The notes under the pieces: model-generated
Databases searched by the model: none
The model's input: the letters and a program-made list of their open reading frames with translations, nothing else
What the model was told of the DNA's origin: nothing
Made by a program: the position numbers and the translations under genes
Source: Tubiluchus corallicola
Lineage: Eukaryota > Animalia > Priapulida
Length of the DNA stretch: 64,000 nucleotides
Reading direction: 5' to 3'
Assembly (NCBI GenBank): GCA_030141605.1
Contig: JAQGDQ010002370.1
Coordinates: forward strand, 585,167 to 649,166
Shown here: positions 42,001-59,358 of the stretch, in pieces
Position numbering within the stretch: the first letter of the stretch is position 1
Layout of the letters: the number at the start of each line of letters is the position of its first letter

Positions 42001-45000
42001 CCAGGTGGTGCAGTTAAGCCTATCTCTTGCAGTGTAAGAATTTCATTGTCAGTTTTATTTGAATGAATGAATCTAGCTTGAGTGAACCAGTTCTGAATAG
42101 TGTGTTCAGTTACATTACTCCAGGACAAAGCCAATAAGTGCAGGGTGTTGAAAAGGATGGAAGCTGTGTCGTCGGAATCGTTTCCTTCTAACGAGGTTAC
42201 TTGCTGTGGATGCATTGGTCAAAGCAAAACTGCTAGGCTAACATATTAGCATATGATAAACATTCCTTACAAATAAAACGGTACTTAACGTGATTGTTTC
42301 TATGGATATTAGAGCACAAAAGCTAATTAAGATGACATAAAACTCATGTGCTTATTGGTCACACAAAAGTGTCTTGTTGAAGCACGTAAAGCAGACATAT
42401 TGAGTCAATTATACAGAGTTATTAGAGTCTATCATCAGCAGTTTTTATATAAATTTAAATAGGACCGGCGGTACCAGGTGTTTTTGGGTCACTTAAGTGA
42501 CTGATGCTATTAACTGTGAGTCCAATAAATAGCATGTACTGTATTGAACGAGCTATATTTTTTGCAGTAAGAACAAAACGTGGAAAAGAGAATAGCAAGC
42601 TTGATGTTGGATTAGTACCTAATGTTAAGATAATGAAAAACTTTCACTGAGTATCCAACATCTGTGAAATTCATAGTGACATACTGTGAATGTCAATGTC
42701 ATTTAATTTTGCACTTCAAGCACAAATTACTTATTAGAATTGTGCAAAATTCAATCCCGAGCATAATTTTCTCCACTTGTAGGCACCATGCTTCTTGAGA
42801 TGCAAAACAATACTTTTTCTATAAATGGTAATTCAAGTTTTGCCAATTTAGCTGCATAGTTAATACACTATATGTTAACTTCACAATTACTGTGGTCACG
42901 TAATATAACAGGCTCGTTGTCATTTGTGTCATTTTAATTCAACATTGGTCAAAGTCACGTCGCTGAACTTATATGATTGAAAAAATTCAATATCATTCAG
43001 TGCAAATTGATGCATACTTACTGATTCTAAATTCCTTTTTGCCAACTTGATAAGCTTGGGAAATGCTTTACTGTGTTCTTTCAAAACGTGTTTGTTGATA
43101 TCTAAAAAGGAAACATATATATATATACGTGTTTGTGTGAGTGTGTGTGTGTGCGTACGTGCGTATGTCAAACGAACGATACTTTTAACGTACTTTAGCA
43201 TTTGTTAAATGGGGCAAGAGTTACACAATTTAGTATTCCGTACTTTGCAGTCAGTACTTCCTATGGGTACTACATGTATTTCAAACATTTACTGTAATGG
43301 TTTGTTACCTGCTCGTTTTATGGGATAATTTTTCTGGCTGGCAACTAAAAGGTACTGTACTATTTCGTTTACTTTACGCTGTGCTTCATCGCCACTGAGT
43401 TTCTGCAGTGCTTTATTAACTGCTGAAGGTTGATTACCAGAAGAGGCAGCACCCTGAAATAAATATACATGTTGTAAAAATCTATATTACCTAGGACTTT
43501 AAAAATATATATTGTGTTTTTGTATCACTTTTGACAAACTCATTTCACACACTATGGTTGTTATTTATTTACACAGTTAGACAGTTATTTACATTGTTCT
43601 GATAAGATTATGAAAACAGTACTACTTCTATCTTGAACATAAATTCAAATGATAATAACAATGTCATATTTTTTATGGTAAGTTCAACACTGCTTCTTTG
43701 TGACATTTGATGAGCTTGTGGTCACACCATCCAGTTATTTGCTCATTTTACTAAATGCAAAAAATGTAAAGCAAAATAGAAGAAACTTGATCCCATCCTG
43801 ATTCCTGAATATATTGAAACAAGTCTGACTGAAATTTACCAAACTGTGGGTGGAAGCTAACTGTCACCTTTAAAAAGTAGAATGAAAGCCAAACAATGTG
43901 GAAAATATACAAAAAGTTTATATGACAATATAATAACTTAATAACTTCCATAGGAACTGCCCTTTATGAAATTAGGAGCAAATAATGCTTAGCTTATAAA
44001 TCATGAATCATGTGCGAAATAAATTTAAAATAATAAATAACATTTAGGGGGTTTACAAGAAATGCTTAAATGACACACCATTTTGTTTACTGAAAGTCAA
44101 ACTGTGAACGTAACGAACAACTATTTAAATACTGAAATATTACTACTGTGTCCAGTCCAGCCACACATTTCTATGTACAGTTTCTAGTTTAGTTTTTATA
44201 ATGTTACAATACAAACTCAAAGCATTAGCTCAAATCACACGCAAGCCAAGTGACATTCTGAAGTGACCAAAATAAACATGGAACATGAGAGAATTCTCAT
44301 GATAGGTGAATTGTGCACTGTAAAAAAAACGAGTACAAATGTACAAGTCGAATTTTTGGGAGATGTCGCTAAAAAGTCGTCTACAATACGAATATGTAAC
44401 GAATTAATCCTCCATTACACGCTGGACTGAATGAACATTCTTACTGTGATACTTCACACCAGAGAATGTTCGCATCTTGACATTACTTCACAAAATTAAC
44501 AAATGTAATTTATTGAAAGGTTGCTTTGAAAGGAGGACTGCATGCATAATTAATAAGGTCAGACTTGTAAACATGGGAGCAAAAACGATATTTAAATTGA
44601 TACCGACTGTTGAAAATCTAGCGTAAATACGCATAAACGGAATCGATATTTGTAAATTGAGATATATTTCTATTCAAAAGATGTTACTGAATAAAACTGT
44701 GATGTTTCAGGTATGGATTTTTAGTTTTAAGTGAGAAATCAGCAACTGAAATGTTACGACGGATCCTGCCGCAATATCCTAGGGTTAAAGGCATTACAAA
44801 CAATTATGCGCGATGAAAGGCCAGGCTGCAGTATCATGGATTGCACTGAGGGCCCTCAACATGAATATATATATATATATATATACACAACTGGTAGGTA
44901 TAATATACTCGGCCCAGGCACTCGCACGAATCTTACAAACTAACACAGCACGCTATTGATTTATTACTCGGCCATTGTTGACATCATTTACTCTGGAAGA

Positions 45001-46562
45001 TCTTAATATTTAACGGTCGACTTGTACACAGGTAATATATAAAATGATAAAATTTTTGGTCTTAAAATGTACATCGACTTGTACACACATATATACGGTA
45101 ATTACCACATTAGCAATAACCAAAAACATCTTATGGCAAATGAAATTAATGCCAATTCCATTTTGCAAAAAGGCACTTTATAAACCACCCAAAATGGCTT
45201 GGAAGAAGCCTACCACGTATTATGGCTAATGCCTTATAGCAGTCAAACCACAGTAGGCAGAAGATGGTAAATGGATTATCTGTACGACAGGGACCATTGG
45301 TTAGCATAAGTTCACTCTTCAGAAGCAGCTTTTTCTCCACACGGCTTATGTCTTGCGGATTATGTCAAGCTCTGTGTGACACCGGCATTACAACACCGGT
45401 TCCAATACCAATACTATTAGAAGGCACGTGACATTTGGGCAAGGGATATTTGAGCATGAGACATTTTATCTAAATACATCAGCAGTTTATTAAAATGTGA
45501 CAGCATTTTCAAAAGTATTTTGTGTATTGCAAAAAAGCAAATAACAGAAATGTGCATCACACAATCTATTCATAACTATAATTCATCAAAATACAGTGTC
45601 ATTACAACTAGTATAATAATAATAATGATAAAGTGATTGTGTTTTAGATTTTAGAAGAAGCCAATGAATAGTACGTGTTTAGTTGCTTACACTGACAAAC
45701 CTCTTTATACCACCTATTTTGAAACAAAATAGTTTGTGTTATAGTGAGTTTGGCATTATAACAACGTGCATTAATACATGCATGTCTAAGACATTTTGTT
45801 TTACTGAAAATTTGGGCACTAAGCAAGGTTGGTATTACAAAGGAGGGGGGCATTATAACTAGGTATGACAGAAATAGTCGCCAACTGGAAAAGAACCACA
45901 CCATTAATGAGCCAAATAATGTATATCATTAATAATAAGACTAACAATAACTGTAACAAGTTGCTGTACCTGATGTGAAGTACATAATAATATTAACAGC
46001 AGTGTTTTGTGCAGGCTATAGTGAGGTTTGAAGTTGTTTCCAGTTTTAATTACATGACTGTTCTCACAAAAATAATTATTCTCTCCTTACAAAAAATTTA
46101 CAATTAAAGATGCTTTAAGTTTATAAGGTAATCAAGGGAAGATTCCCGCAGTATTGGCCTACTAGGCAGTAAAACTGTATACTACAGCACACATAAATAA
46201 AGTACTCTTGCATTAAAGTCACTTTGCACCTGACACGGTAGTCAGCAGTCTCTCGTACTCCCAAATTTCTCGTACCTGAATAGCCACACTCAATGGCCCG
46301 TCCCAGATAGGCCACTTTACTTGTTTAATGCTAAACATTGCTGACTGCTGTAAACTGCCATGTTTGATTTGACGAAATCAATCTTTACTCGTGGTGTAAA
46401 TGTGGCCATGATGGTACACCAGAGGACTTAGCTAATGTAGGTTATGGTAAATTCTAATGGCAATGTTAGCGTTACCAGTTCATCCGAAATTTCAGGACAG
46501 TCTGTAGTTCTAGTCCTCCGTTTTTCGATAATCTTCGCTTGCTTTCCTGCTTTTCTAGACAT
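39071..46562 (-). CDS. NSMCE3: MAGE-domain protein, NSE3 subunit of the SMC5/6 complex, 7 exons, ~262 aa
   Basis: Exons on - strand: 46562-46476, 43453-43309, 43101-43022, 41412-41241, 40696-40651, 39804-39627, 39151-39071; total 789 nt with consistent phases. MAGE motifs: KVNEIVQYLLVASQKNYPIKRADINKHVLK, FGIKLVEL..CYILVN, GLLMTVLSFLFM, LWQFLKKLGI, HPVFGDVRKLVTQEFTRELYL..DPP..WGERA, PQNWTSQY. The first exon is the least certain. Confidence 0.92.
41596..42541 (-). mobile_element. Tigger/pogo-like transposon remnant in an NSE3 intron
   Basis: TA|cagta... and ...tactg|TA ends. The - strand peptide LFNTLHLLALSWSNVTEHTIQNWFTQARF matches the Tigger DDE C-terminal motif (AWxxVTxxTIxNCFxKAGF). Confidence 0.65.
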
Positions 46563-47409
46563 GCTGGTTATCTCGCAGCCACACAATACACATTTACATA
46601 ATAATTTTGTTCATTATCTTATTCTGGCCGCCGCCCCAATAACAGCAGTATGACACATCTTTTAACGATCTGCAGAGTATTCGTTTTTTCTCTCCGCCTG
46701 TGTCACCCGCTTTCCTGCAACTGGGATTATTAGGTTTATTTTACTATTATCTACTTAAATTTAGAAAAATATAACAAGCAAATTTGCAGGAAAACTGCCT
46801 ACATAGTATAAGGTTAATTTACACTACCGCTGTAGAAAAATCTTCAGATACGGTGGTAGCAGCTATTCACTTGAAAATTATGACATAGCTGGTCTACTTC
46901 ATGACTTTTTGTAAGTGTACCGTGGCTTTCCATAAGAACGCTCAGCTTAAAGTTATTCAAATTTCTGTAGCATACATAACATTCGTGCAAAAATATTACA
47001 AAATTAGCTATTTAATTTTTTGTTAAAGCTTAAAGTGTTATACTTTTGACTAAAATTGAGAGTGTTTTGCTTTTCTTCATCTAATGAACGACGTCCTTGG
47101 AGGGCAAATGGGCATCCAAAATGTAAGTGCCCAAGCATGAAAATAATGATTGCAACTTCAAAGTGATTTTACTAATTACAGAAGGCGTTTATCATATTCT
47201 TATTACTAAATCTTTTAACAATTATCCCGAATATTGAAATAAGTCCAACTTCTCAGAATTTCAGAAAGCTTAGCCTTTCTTTCAAAGGCAAAACAAGGAA
47301 AATTTTAAGGTATGTTCTTGAAACACCTTCCTTACAAAGTTATATTCTTTCGCCTTAAGCTTACTTATTTGGAAAACTTGCGCAACTAGAGAAGAAAACT
47401 GTCAGTAAT

Positions 47410-47775
47410 TTAAATGTTCGCGCCAACTGGTAAAATGTCAGTGGCTCACCTCCCCAGGGTGCACCACTATCTGACTCACCAAAGATACACTACTAATTTT
47501 ACTAACAGGATAAAGCAATTTATACTTTTGTTTAGCTAGTGAAGTGTGCACTACAAATGCTCTGATTATTTTTTTAAACTTTACCCCAATGTTATTTAAA
47601 CTTGTTTCAACCGACCTACTGGCCGCGGCAAATGGTCATCTTAAGAGTTTAAATTTTCAAGATTTATACAGCTAATACAAGCTCAGTGCGCAGTGAGACA
47701 GCATGTAGGTGTACAAAATTTGGAGAATTTTTTAGCTTATGTAAGTAAAGGGTTTTCTTGTCCTTCAAACCAAGC
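47410..47775 (+). repeat. Third, diverged copy of the repeat that forms the 21985-23752 inverted arms
   Basis: ggtaaaatgtcagtggctcacctccccagggtgcaccact...aatgttatttaaacttgtttcaa is colinear with 22150-22325. Confidence 0.7.
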
Positions 47776-49191
47776 TGTTTATTTTACTCTTCACGTGTCT
47801 CTGACGCAATTTACAGTGCCTAGGTTTACGGTTTTCGTGACTTTTTGCTTTAAGTCCTGTAGCATTCAGGGCAGTAAAAAAACCTATCATTAATACTGCA
47901 TGCCTGACTGTAACACACAATGGAGCTGTAATGTGCACCAGGGCGGACCACATCAAAATCATCCATCATTACGTTCACTCTTTACTTTGGGCGGCCTGTT
48001 CGTTATGCTATGGTCGTTGCACATTGTGGTGCACAGATTTCCCTAGCCAATTTATTGTGTTGCAACCCTTTTGTTATTGTATTATTTTCTTAAGGCTAAA
48101 ATAGATAAACAAATAAATATCTAATCTGACGTATTTTTCTGTGTGGGAACAAGCGCACTTCGTGTTACTGCTTAAAGCAAAAGAGTTTTAAAAATAAAAA
48201 ACGCAATAAAAAATCAGTATGCATTAAAATACTGTTTTTCTGCCTACATTTGTAATTTATGAAAATTTTATTTGCACTGCAAAATTTATTTAAGCTCATT
48301 ATGCTGTCACAATTTCGCACTGACAAAACCGAAAACGAATATTACTGACAACTCGAGCGGACAGCATGAGACGCCAACTATCGTTTTTTCAATTAATTAG
48401 TTGAAAAGAAAAATGCTTACAAATGACCTAGTACCATTTCGTCGAGGCAAGACCCCGTCGTTTGTATTCAACTCTCAACGCATAGTATTCTTTAGACTAA
48501 TAACTGTGCTGTGGTATACGGCATTCCTGTAAATAACAAATAAGATGCCTACGCCTATCCAGTGACATTCTAGTCAGCCAGTCTTCTCTGACCCTGCTGT
48601 TGCAAATTTACGTTACCTCAGCCATAAAAGCAAACATGTCTCCGTAATAATCATGTCATTTTTTCTTCTAGTACGTAAAGTGTATAATTATATATTACTA
48701 CAGTGGCATAGTTTGCGACTATGTTATACGATTTCTTATATTCTATTTTAAAGTAATTTTATGCGTTCAATAGGTGACAGGTGAGCTAAAGTGCGGCCAT
48801 GCAACACGGTATAAGTGCAAAAATGTTAATTTATGAACATTACATAAATCTGGCTACAAGTAAGAGCCATTTCTTACGAGTTACGATAGCGTTATGAAGA
48901 GATTAAATTGTATTCCTGTGCACATAATTTATGCAAATAAACATCTAAAGTTAAACTGTTATTTTTCTGAATCTTTGTTAATTAGTTGAGATAAGCACTT
49001 TCTCGTGGCTGTTAAACTTTGCTTTGGAATAGTTAAGTCCTCTTGCGCTGATAAGCACAAATATATTCAAGTGAGCTTCACATGTAGTTACTTGTTAAGC
49101 CAATTCTGAGCTGAGAATTTAGCGTGAAAGTTACTGTAGTACAGGCTGCTTCTTCAGTCCCGTTAGACATTAAATCATCTGAATAATCAGC

Positions 49192-52669
<3,478 letters not shown>

Positions 52670-53054
52670 GATTTTCACTTTTTAAAATGCAGCACACAAA
52701 CTATAACTCTGTCATTCCAGACAAATCCTTTAGTTCTTATGCTGCTCTGAGAGGTATGTCAATCAAATCTTATGTCGAGAAAACTAGTTTTGTATCGTTT
52801 CAATCAACACAAGAAACTCCTGGAGCTTTCCACGGCTCTAAAGACAAAAGATGAACATTTACGAGTAGGTGAATGTGTAATTATTTCTAGATAAGTGGTT
52901 GGAGCTCAGCAGGCATCTTTAAGAATGACTGTGTAGATTAAATAGAAATGTAAAGACGCTAATACTAATAACCTTTATCTGCAGACAAAACCTTTATCTG
53001 TAGATAGGAACAAGGGAGGAGGGAGGGAGGCGTTGAAAAGATATAAATGATGGT

Positions 53055-53122
<68 letters not shown>

Positions 53123-53129
53123 AGAGAGA

Positions 53130-53170
<41 letters not shown>

Positions 53171-53178
53171 AGAGAGAA
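53055..53178. repeat. (GA)n microsatellite
   Basis: Direct reading of the sequence. Confidence 0.97.
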
Positions 53179-54471
53179 TGGCATCGCATTTGGTGGCATT
53201 ATATTTTCTGTTAATATCAGCATCGGTATCACTGCTCCTGGAGCATTAGCCACATCGAAACTTTTTTATCCAGAAGTTCTGCAATCTAAGATGAGTAAAA
53301 TCTCCGACATAAAAATGCCTGACAGGTATTCCTTAACAATTCGCAAATTGTTTTTTTTTCCTTTCTTTTCTTGCCCATTTTTTTCATTGTTCAGAAAAGC
53401 TAATATTGCGGTGCATGTTACCCTGCATTACAGAAATTTGGTTTAAATTAAGATGCTTAACGTCTTTAACTTTTCAGCATCAACGGTTCAGTGTCATTGG
53501 CAATTTGTTCTTCTGGAATATTTATGTTTATTGATTCACGCTTGTTAACAGCCCAGATAAAAATATTATTCTTATTAATATTGGATAATGGCACTGTTTT
53601 CAGATTAAGCAAGCAGCCATTGTCTTATGTTTTTTCACGCCAAGTAGCTTTCAGTTGACAGTTCGATAAAGATAGCCATTATAGACATGCAAACACTGAA
53701 CACAATAATAAATCATAATTTAAAATATCTTGCTCATTATACATTTATTGTTTTAAAAATCTACTTTCCTGTTATATTATTAGTAATTTTTACTCTAGAT
53801 TCCCGTTCTACTGTAAGACAGCTTTTATTAAACTAGGCAAAAAATACCAAAACGTTTGAACCCAGCATGAAACGCAATCGATTTTTTAAAACAAAATATA
53901 AGTGACCATTAAGAGTTTATGGAAATTACATGTAAAACGGTGAACAATGTCTATTTGGGTACTAACTAACTTGTCTTCGCTTTTTGAATAAAATGATCAA
54001 AATATAGAGTATTAAATTCGATATAGTTATCATTGTCATTATCTAAGCTTAGGCCGACATAAAAAATTGTATTTATTGCCCGCCTAAACACTACACTACT
54101 AATTTCAAACTGTTGGCTTATCACCGAGACTCTACGAGAAGAAATGAACACAAAGTCGGGTTTTGGGCACTGAAATGTAAGCCGAGAGTGGTTTTGTTTT
54201 TACCATCCACCCTGCAGGGCATTCTTAACTCGTCACAACAGTCAGCGCATTTACTGACACAATCATTTTTTATCTTTCTGTGAATAATAAGTTTACAATA
54301 AAACAAAATATTGCAGCTACAAGATTTGGAATGTTCATTTATACAATTAAATTCTCAATTTTTATTTTCTTATTTTTTGGTGCAGTTTTTTGAATTATTT
54401 GCGGATTGGAAATAGTATTATAATACGTCACTTTTTGGACATGCTACTAAAGTTGATGTAATCCCATGCCA

Positions 54472-57400
54472 CTAGTAACCGTGGTGGTAGAGACGACGTG
54501 TAGTAGGCTGTTCCGTTGTTGTTGTTTCTTTGAAATAGTACCTGTAGTGTGCTGGGTACCTCGGTCGGCTAGGTTGTTCAGTTGTAGTTGGCTCAGGAGG
54601 CCTATAATAATAACGAAACGACGGTCTTTCGGTGGTAGTCAGTTCAGCAGGTTCATAAAATCGTCTGACGGTGGGCCTTCTGATTTCTTTGATATCGGCT
54701 GGTTCGTAATATTGACGATATGTTGGCTCTTCATGTCTGGGTTCATCAGTTATTCTGATAAAACGTCGAATGCTCGATTTCCTTGATGGTCGCTCGTTGC
54801 TTGGTCTGAAAAAGCGACGAATGCTTGATTTCTGAGTTTTCGCAGATTCAGATGCTCTGTAATAGCCACTGTGGCTTGGTGCTTCAGTTGTTGTTGACTC
54901 AGCAGGCCTGTAGACTCGACGAGGAATATAATGTTGTTGACGAGGCGTTTCAGTAGTTGCTGGCTCTTCCGAACGCACGTAATAATGACGAATCTCAGGT
55001 CTCTCAGTGGTAGTTGGTGCTTCAATTGGTAAGTACACTCGACGCCCGCTGGATTTTCTGTTATCATCTGAACCAGATCTCCTGCGAATTAGCGGATACT
55101 TTGGTACTTGAATGATGTCTTCATCGCGGCTATCATAACGGCGACGAAAGCTTATGGATTTTTCCTGCTCAGGGGTTGCATAATAACCCTGTGACTCAGG
55201 TTCTTCTTCAACCAATCTGTAATATCGACGTTCACCATCATGAGCTTGGCGTCGGCGTGTATTACTTCGGCGAGTTTCGTCCAATCTTGGTTTGATGTTC
55301 CTCAAGTAGTGCCTGTAGATTTCCTCACCACTTGGTTGCTCAGTAGTGGTTGGTTCTTCTTCTCTGTAGTAAAAGTAACCACGCTGTGGTGCTGCAGTTG
55401 TTGCTTCTTCTCTTCGAATGTAAACCCGACGTCTGCTTTCATAACTATTGCCATCTCCTTCATCTCCCCTAAAGTAAATGTACCGATCATCGCCGTCATC
55501 GCCATTATCAAGATATAATCTGTTACGTCTGCGAGTCACTCTGCTGTAGCCGTTATCGAGGTCACTGTGATCACCACTGTCACCATTCTCACTGCTACTG
55601 TGCCTACGAATGTAAATCCGACGTTTTGCTTCGTTATCATCATCATCATCTTCTTCATCATCGTCGCCATTATCATAGCCTCTTCGGATGTAGATTACAC
55701 GTCTTTGCGTTTGTTCATCGTTGTCGTCATCGTTATCGCCATCATCATCTTCAACATGGTGATCACCACTGTAGCCTCTTCGGATGTAGACTACACGCTT
55801 TTGTGTGCGTTCATCGTTGTCGTTATTGTCATCATTACCGTCATTGCCGTTGTTATGATAATACTGGCGTATCCGATCCTGTGACTTTTCTGATGATGTT
55901 CTAGAGCGGAGCACGTAACCCCGTTGCTCAGGAGCAGTTGTTGTGGTGCTGATGCTGGGACCGTAGTATCTGGTAAGCACTATTGATGTTTTATCATTAT
56001 CTTCCTCACCACTGCCGTTTTCATCACCATCGCCATGTTCGTAGTACCCAGCTACAAGAGTAGGCGTGTCAGGCGATGGTGTTGTTGTATATTCACCACG
56101 TGCGACTGAAAAACAAATAATAAATATTTAATTAGAATTATTCTTTTAATATGTTTTGTCATTACATAATTATTGAGCCGCTCTAATGAGTGGAACTTTC
56201 AGGTTTCTGCTTAATCGCTTAATGGACATTTAAGATTAACCAAAAAATTGGAATTTTTACGACATTTTTCTATAAAAATAAACAGTTTAAAGAACGGTCT
56301 AAAATGTATTTATAACATTAATTATAAGGAAGTAGTATGTGGTTGTGGTTGTGGTGCATGTGGTTACGTTTAAGTTAAAAATCGTACAAACTTGGTCAAA
56401 CTGTAATAAAAATTGGTTTATTAGCCCGTTGATGATTTTCTTCATGAAATACGGCATTTACCCACCAGTCTAGGAAAGGATCGACACAAAGTTCCGATCC
56501 TGTTAAAATATAGAGGCGAAGACGGTCTTCCAAACAAAATTCCCCTCAGCCATAGGCTTCTTTGCATCAGCAATTGGCCAGAAATGGCAACACTTCAGGG
56601 GTATACGTTCAACGTTTTATTTTTATTATGCCCCGCCTAGAAGTCATTTAGTCCTCAAAACTCGTTTGAGCTTGGTAAACAATATTAGCGCAAATTGCAA
56701 AGATAACCTAACTACATATTCAGTAAGCCTGTTAATTACAGCAGGTACAGCTTTTCCCTTAGTAAGAAGCTATTCATAAAATAAAAAAAAATGCAAAATT
56801 TTTCAGTGATCTCCTTTGAAGTTTACTCTGATATCTTTTTGAAATCGCCATTTGGTTATATTTAAACAAGAAAGTTTCATCCACGCGGAAATCTTAAAGT
56901 TAATTGGCGTTTTGGGAATCAAAAGCTTAATTTTTAATATATCTTTGCTAATCAGTTAATGCGTTAACCCATTCGCTCGCTCACTCACGCATTCACTCAC
57001 TCACTCACTCACTCACTCACTCACTCGATTGCTCACTCACTCACTCCCTCTCACTCACTCATTCACTCACTCACTCAATCACTCACTCACTCATTCATTC
57101 GCTCTCTCACTCACTCAGTCATTCATTCATTCATTCATTCACTCATTCACTCACTCACCCACTACTCACTCGTTCGTTCGTTCTTTGATTCATTCGTTTA
57201 TTCGTTCATTCATTCATTCAGTCGTTGGCTCGTTCGTGCATTCATTTACTCGTTCATTTTTCCATCCATTCATGCATCATTCACTCAACTATTTTTCATT
57301 CGATTAGCCACCAATCCATCTATTCATTTATTCATTGATTAGTTTATTTATATTACTCAGTCAGTTAATCAATACCGGGAAAGAATTAACCTATCCTATT

Positions 57401-59283
57401 ATAAAAAAGGAGAAGAAATTGCTTCTCGGCTAAATGATCGGAGTTATCTCCTATTCAGGAGGTTCGTGACATTAATAATTTTTATACCAGATTCTCTTTT
57501 CTAGTGTGATTATATTGTTTTTATTTTTGTGTAAAGTTGCTAGAAGTACTGAATGCACGTCTGCTACGAAAGAACAGTACGGTAACTGCCACACAATATT
57601 ACATTTAATAGTGTTAAAATCTTAGTTTGTTTAAAGTTAGAACATATGTCTAGCGATTAAGTCTAGAAATCTATATTCAGGTAAGTTAAAATAAGTCAAA
57701 TAATAGGCTAAATTCAGACGAAGCTAACTAATAAAAACATGCTAATTATTATGGTTATGTAAACAGGTTTACAGATCAAAAGAAAAACCGAGCATGATGT
57801 ACTATGAAAGGTACTTTCAAAAATTCCTGGAGTTTTAAACTGTCATTTACAGGAGATCTGAAATACAGAATATTTTTATTGATTAGGAAGTAATTTTGAC
57901 TAGCAGTTCGGTTACAAGCGAGCGAAAATGTCATCAATATTTAAATTATGCATTTCTAAATCATAAGCAAAGGATGCAAAGAATTTTTGATTTTATGTAA
58001 GGTTGTAGTGCATTTTATTTACAAACAGTATTTACTTTTTAATGAATAACACTGTGACAGAAAAGTAAAGGAGATAAAACGTTTTATACCAACGCATTTA
58101 CATGCTATTGATAAAATTTTAGATTTTCTTTTTCGGTAAATTTAATACAATACATAGAAATTTGACACTCGTAATTATACAGGTACAATTTTTAACTCAA
58201 CTGAAATTGTGTATAAGCCTATTTAAATATAAATACTGAGTATTTGCACTGAAATTAATGTATTGATAATAGTATAAAAGAACGAACGAACAATGATATG
58301 GATGAATTAACAAATGTACGTATTTAGCATAATATTAAAAGATGACTATTTTCTGAAAATTTATGATTCTTTTTAATTATAACTATTCCATTTCCATTGT
58401 GCTGGAGCAGCTGGCCACAAAACAAAGAACGTTGATGTGCCTTTTTTAATTGCGGGCGCATTTATTGAAATTACTTTTCCTTTTTCAATTTTTTTCAACA
58501 CGAGGTATAATTAAAGCGATGGAACATTTGGCCAGATGGAAAAATTAAATTTGTGTTTTACTTAGACGCGAATCTGTAAATAGTATATGAGTTTTTTTGT
58601 TTCTCTTTAGTCTCTATATCAATAGAACTTGACGGCAAATCCGCAATTCCTCGTACAACGTAATAATTAGATTAAACAGTATTAATATGTTGAGCAAGTA
58701 AACTGAAAATTACGTTCTTGAGCAATGTGAAGTTAGACAGCTGAGCAAAAACACGTCAAAATAAAAAGTGAACTTACGTAAATGTAACATAATAATTGTT
58801 AAAGTTGTAACACAATAAAGTTATATTAAAGTAAACTCTTGAATAATAACACTGTTACCTGTTATCTGAATAAGGAAAATAACAAGTGCAAGAATCATGA
58901 CTTATGAGTTTCTGGTCACTGTGTGTTGCCAAGTAAGCAAACACATTTTAATATCCCCCATACAACGAAATACCATGAAATTAACTTTAAAACGGAAGAA
59001 TTCTTCCACTGCATAGAAATGACTGAAAGTAGCTTAGCAACAAAGAGACAAAACAGTTCAAAAGGGAAGGTCTTTTTCTGGCTTTTATTGCTAACAACTC
59101 ACATAGCTAAAAAAGTTGTTAACTGCGATTCCGTAGTAGACATATTCTGAACAGCTTACCCCCCAAAAGTGATCTTATGCACAAAACTTTAACGATATAA
59201 GCGAAAATTTTAGTAAGTAATAACATACCATGAAGCTGGAACATAACCAAAACCAGTGCAACAGCTACCAATGTAGACTTCAT
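54472..59283 (-). CDS. Secreted Arg/Tyr/Asp/Thr-rich repetitive protein 2 (~557-562 aa), two alternative signal-peptide exons plus one large exon
   Basis: Large exon 56105-54472 (acceptor ttatttgtttttcag, 1634 nt, phase 1). First exon candidates are 59283-59229 (MKSTLVAVALVLVMFQLH) and 58898-58859 (MILALVIFLIQIT), both phase 1, both giving ...VARG|EYTTT. Contains Asp-rich blocks alternating with RRVYIRR blocks, and TTTE[RQ]P..YYY modules shared with protein 1. Confidence 0.85.
56970..57340. repeat. (CACT)n/(CATT)n tetranucleotide microsatellite
   Basis: Direct reading of the sequence. Confidence 0.92.
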
Positions 59284-59319
59284 GGTGACAGACATGTGAA
59301 CAACGATTCTCTTCCTTGG

Positions 59320-59358
59320 CTACAATGAGACGATACTCGAAGACCTGCCTCTTATAAC
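59320..59358 (-). promoter_or_regulatory. Putative TATA + Initiator core promoter of secreted protein 2 (distal first exon)
   Basis: On the - strand, TATAAGAG lies ~30 nt upstream of the Inr-like TCATTG and ~70 nt upstream of the ATG at 59283. Confidence 0.5.

Noticed and set aside
48421-48527. Exon-like segment on the - strand between secreted protein 1 and NSE3
   Set aside because: Stops in all three frames. At most a non-coding exon, unsupported without transcripts.
54466-55904. Plus-strand and alternative-frame ORFs overlapping secreted protein 2
   Set aside because: Shadow ORFs of a repetitive, compositionally biased coding exon.
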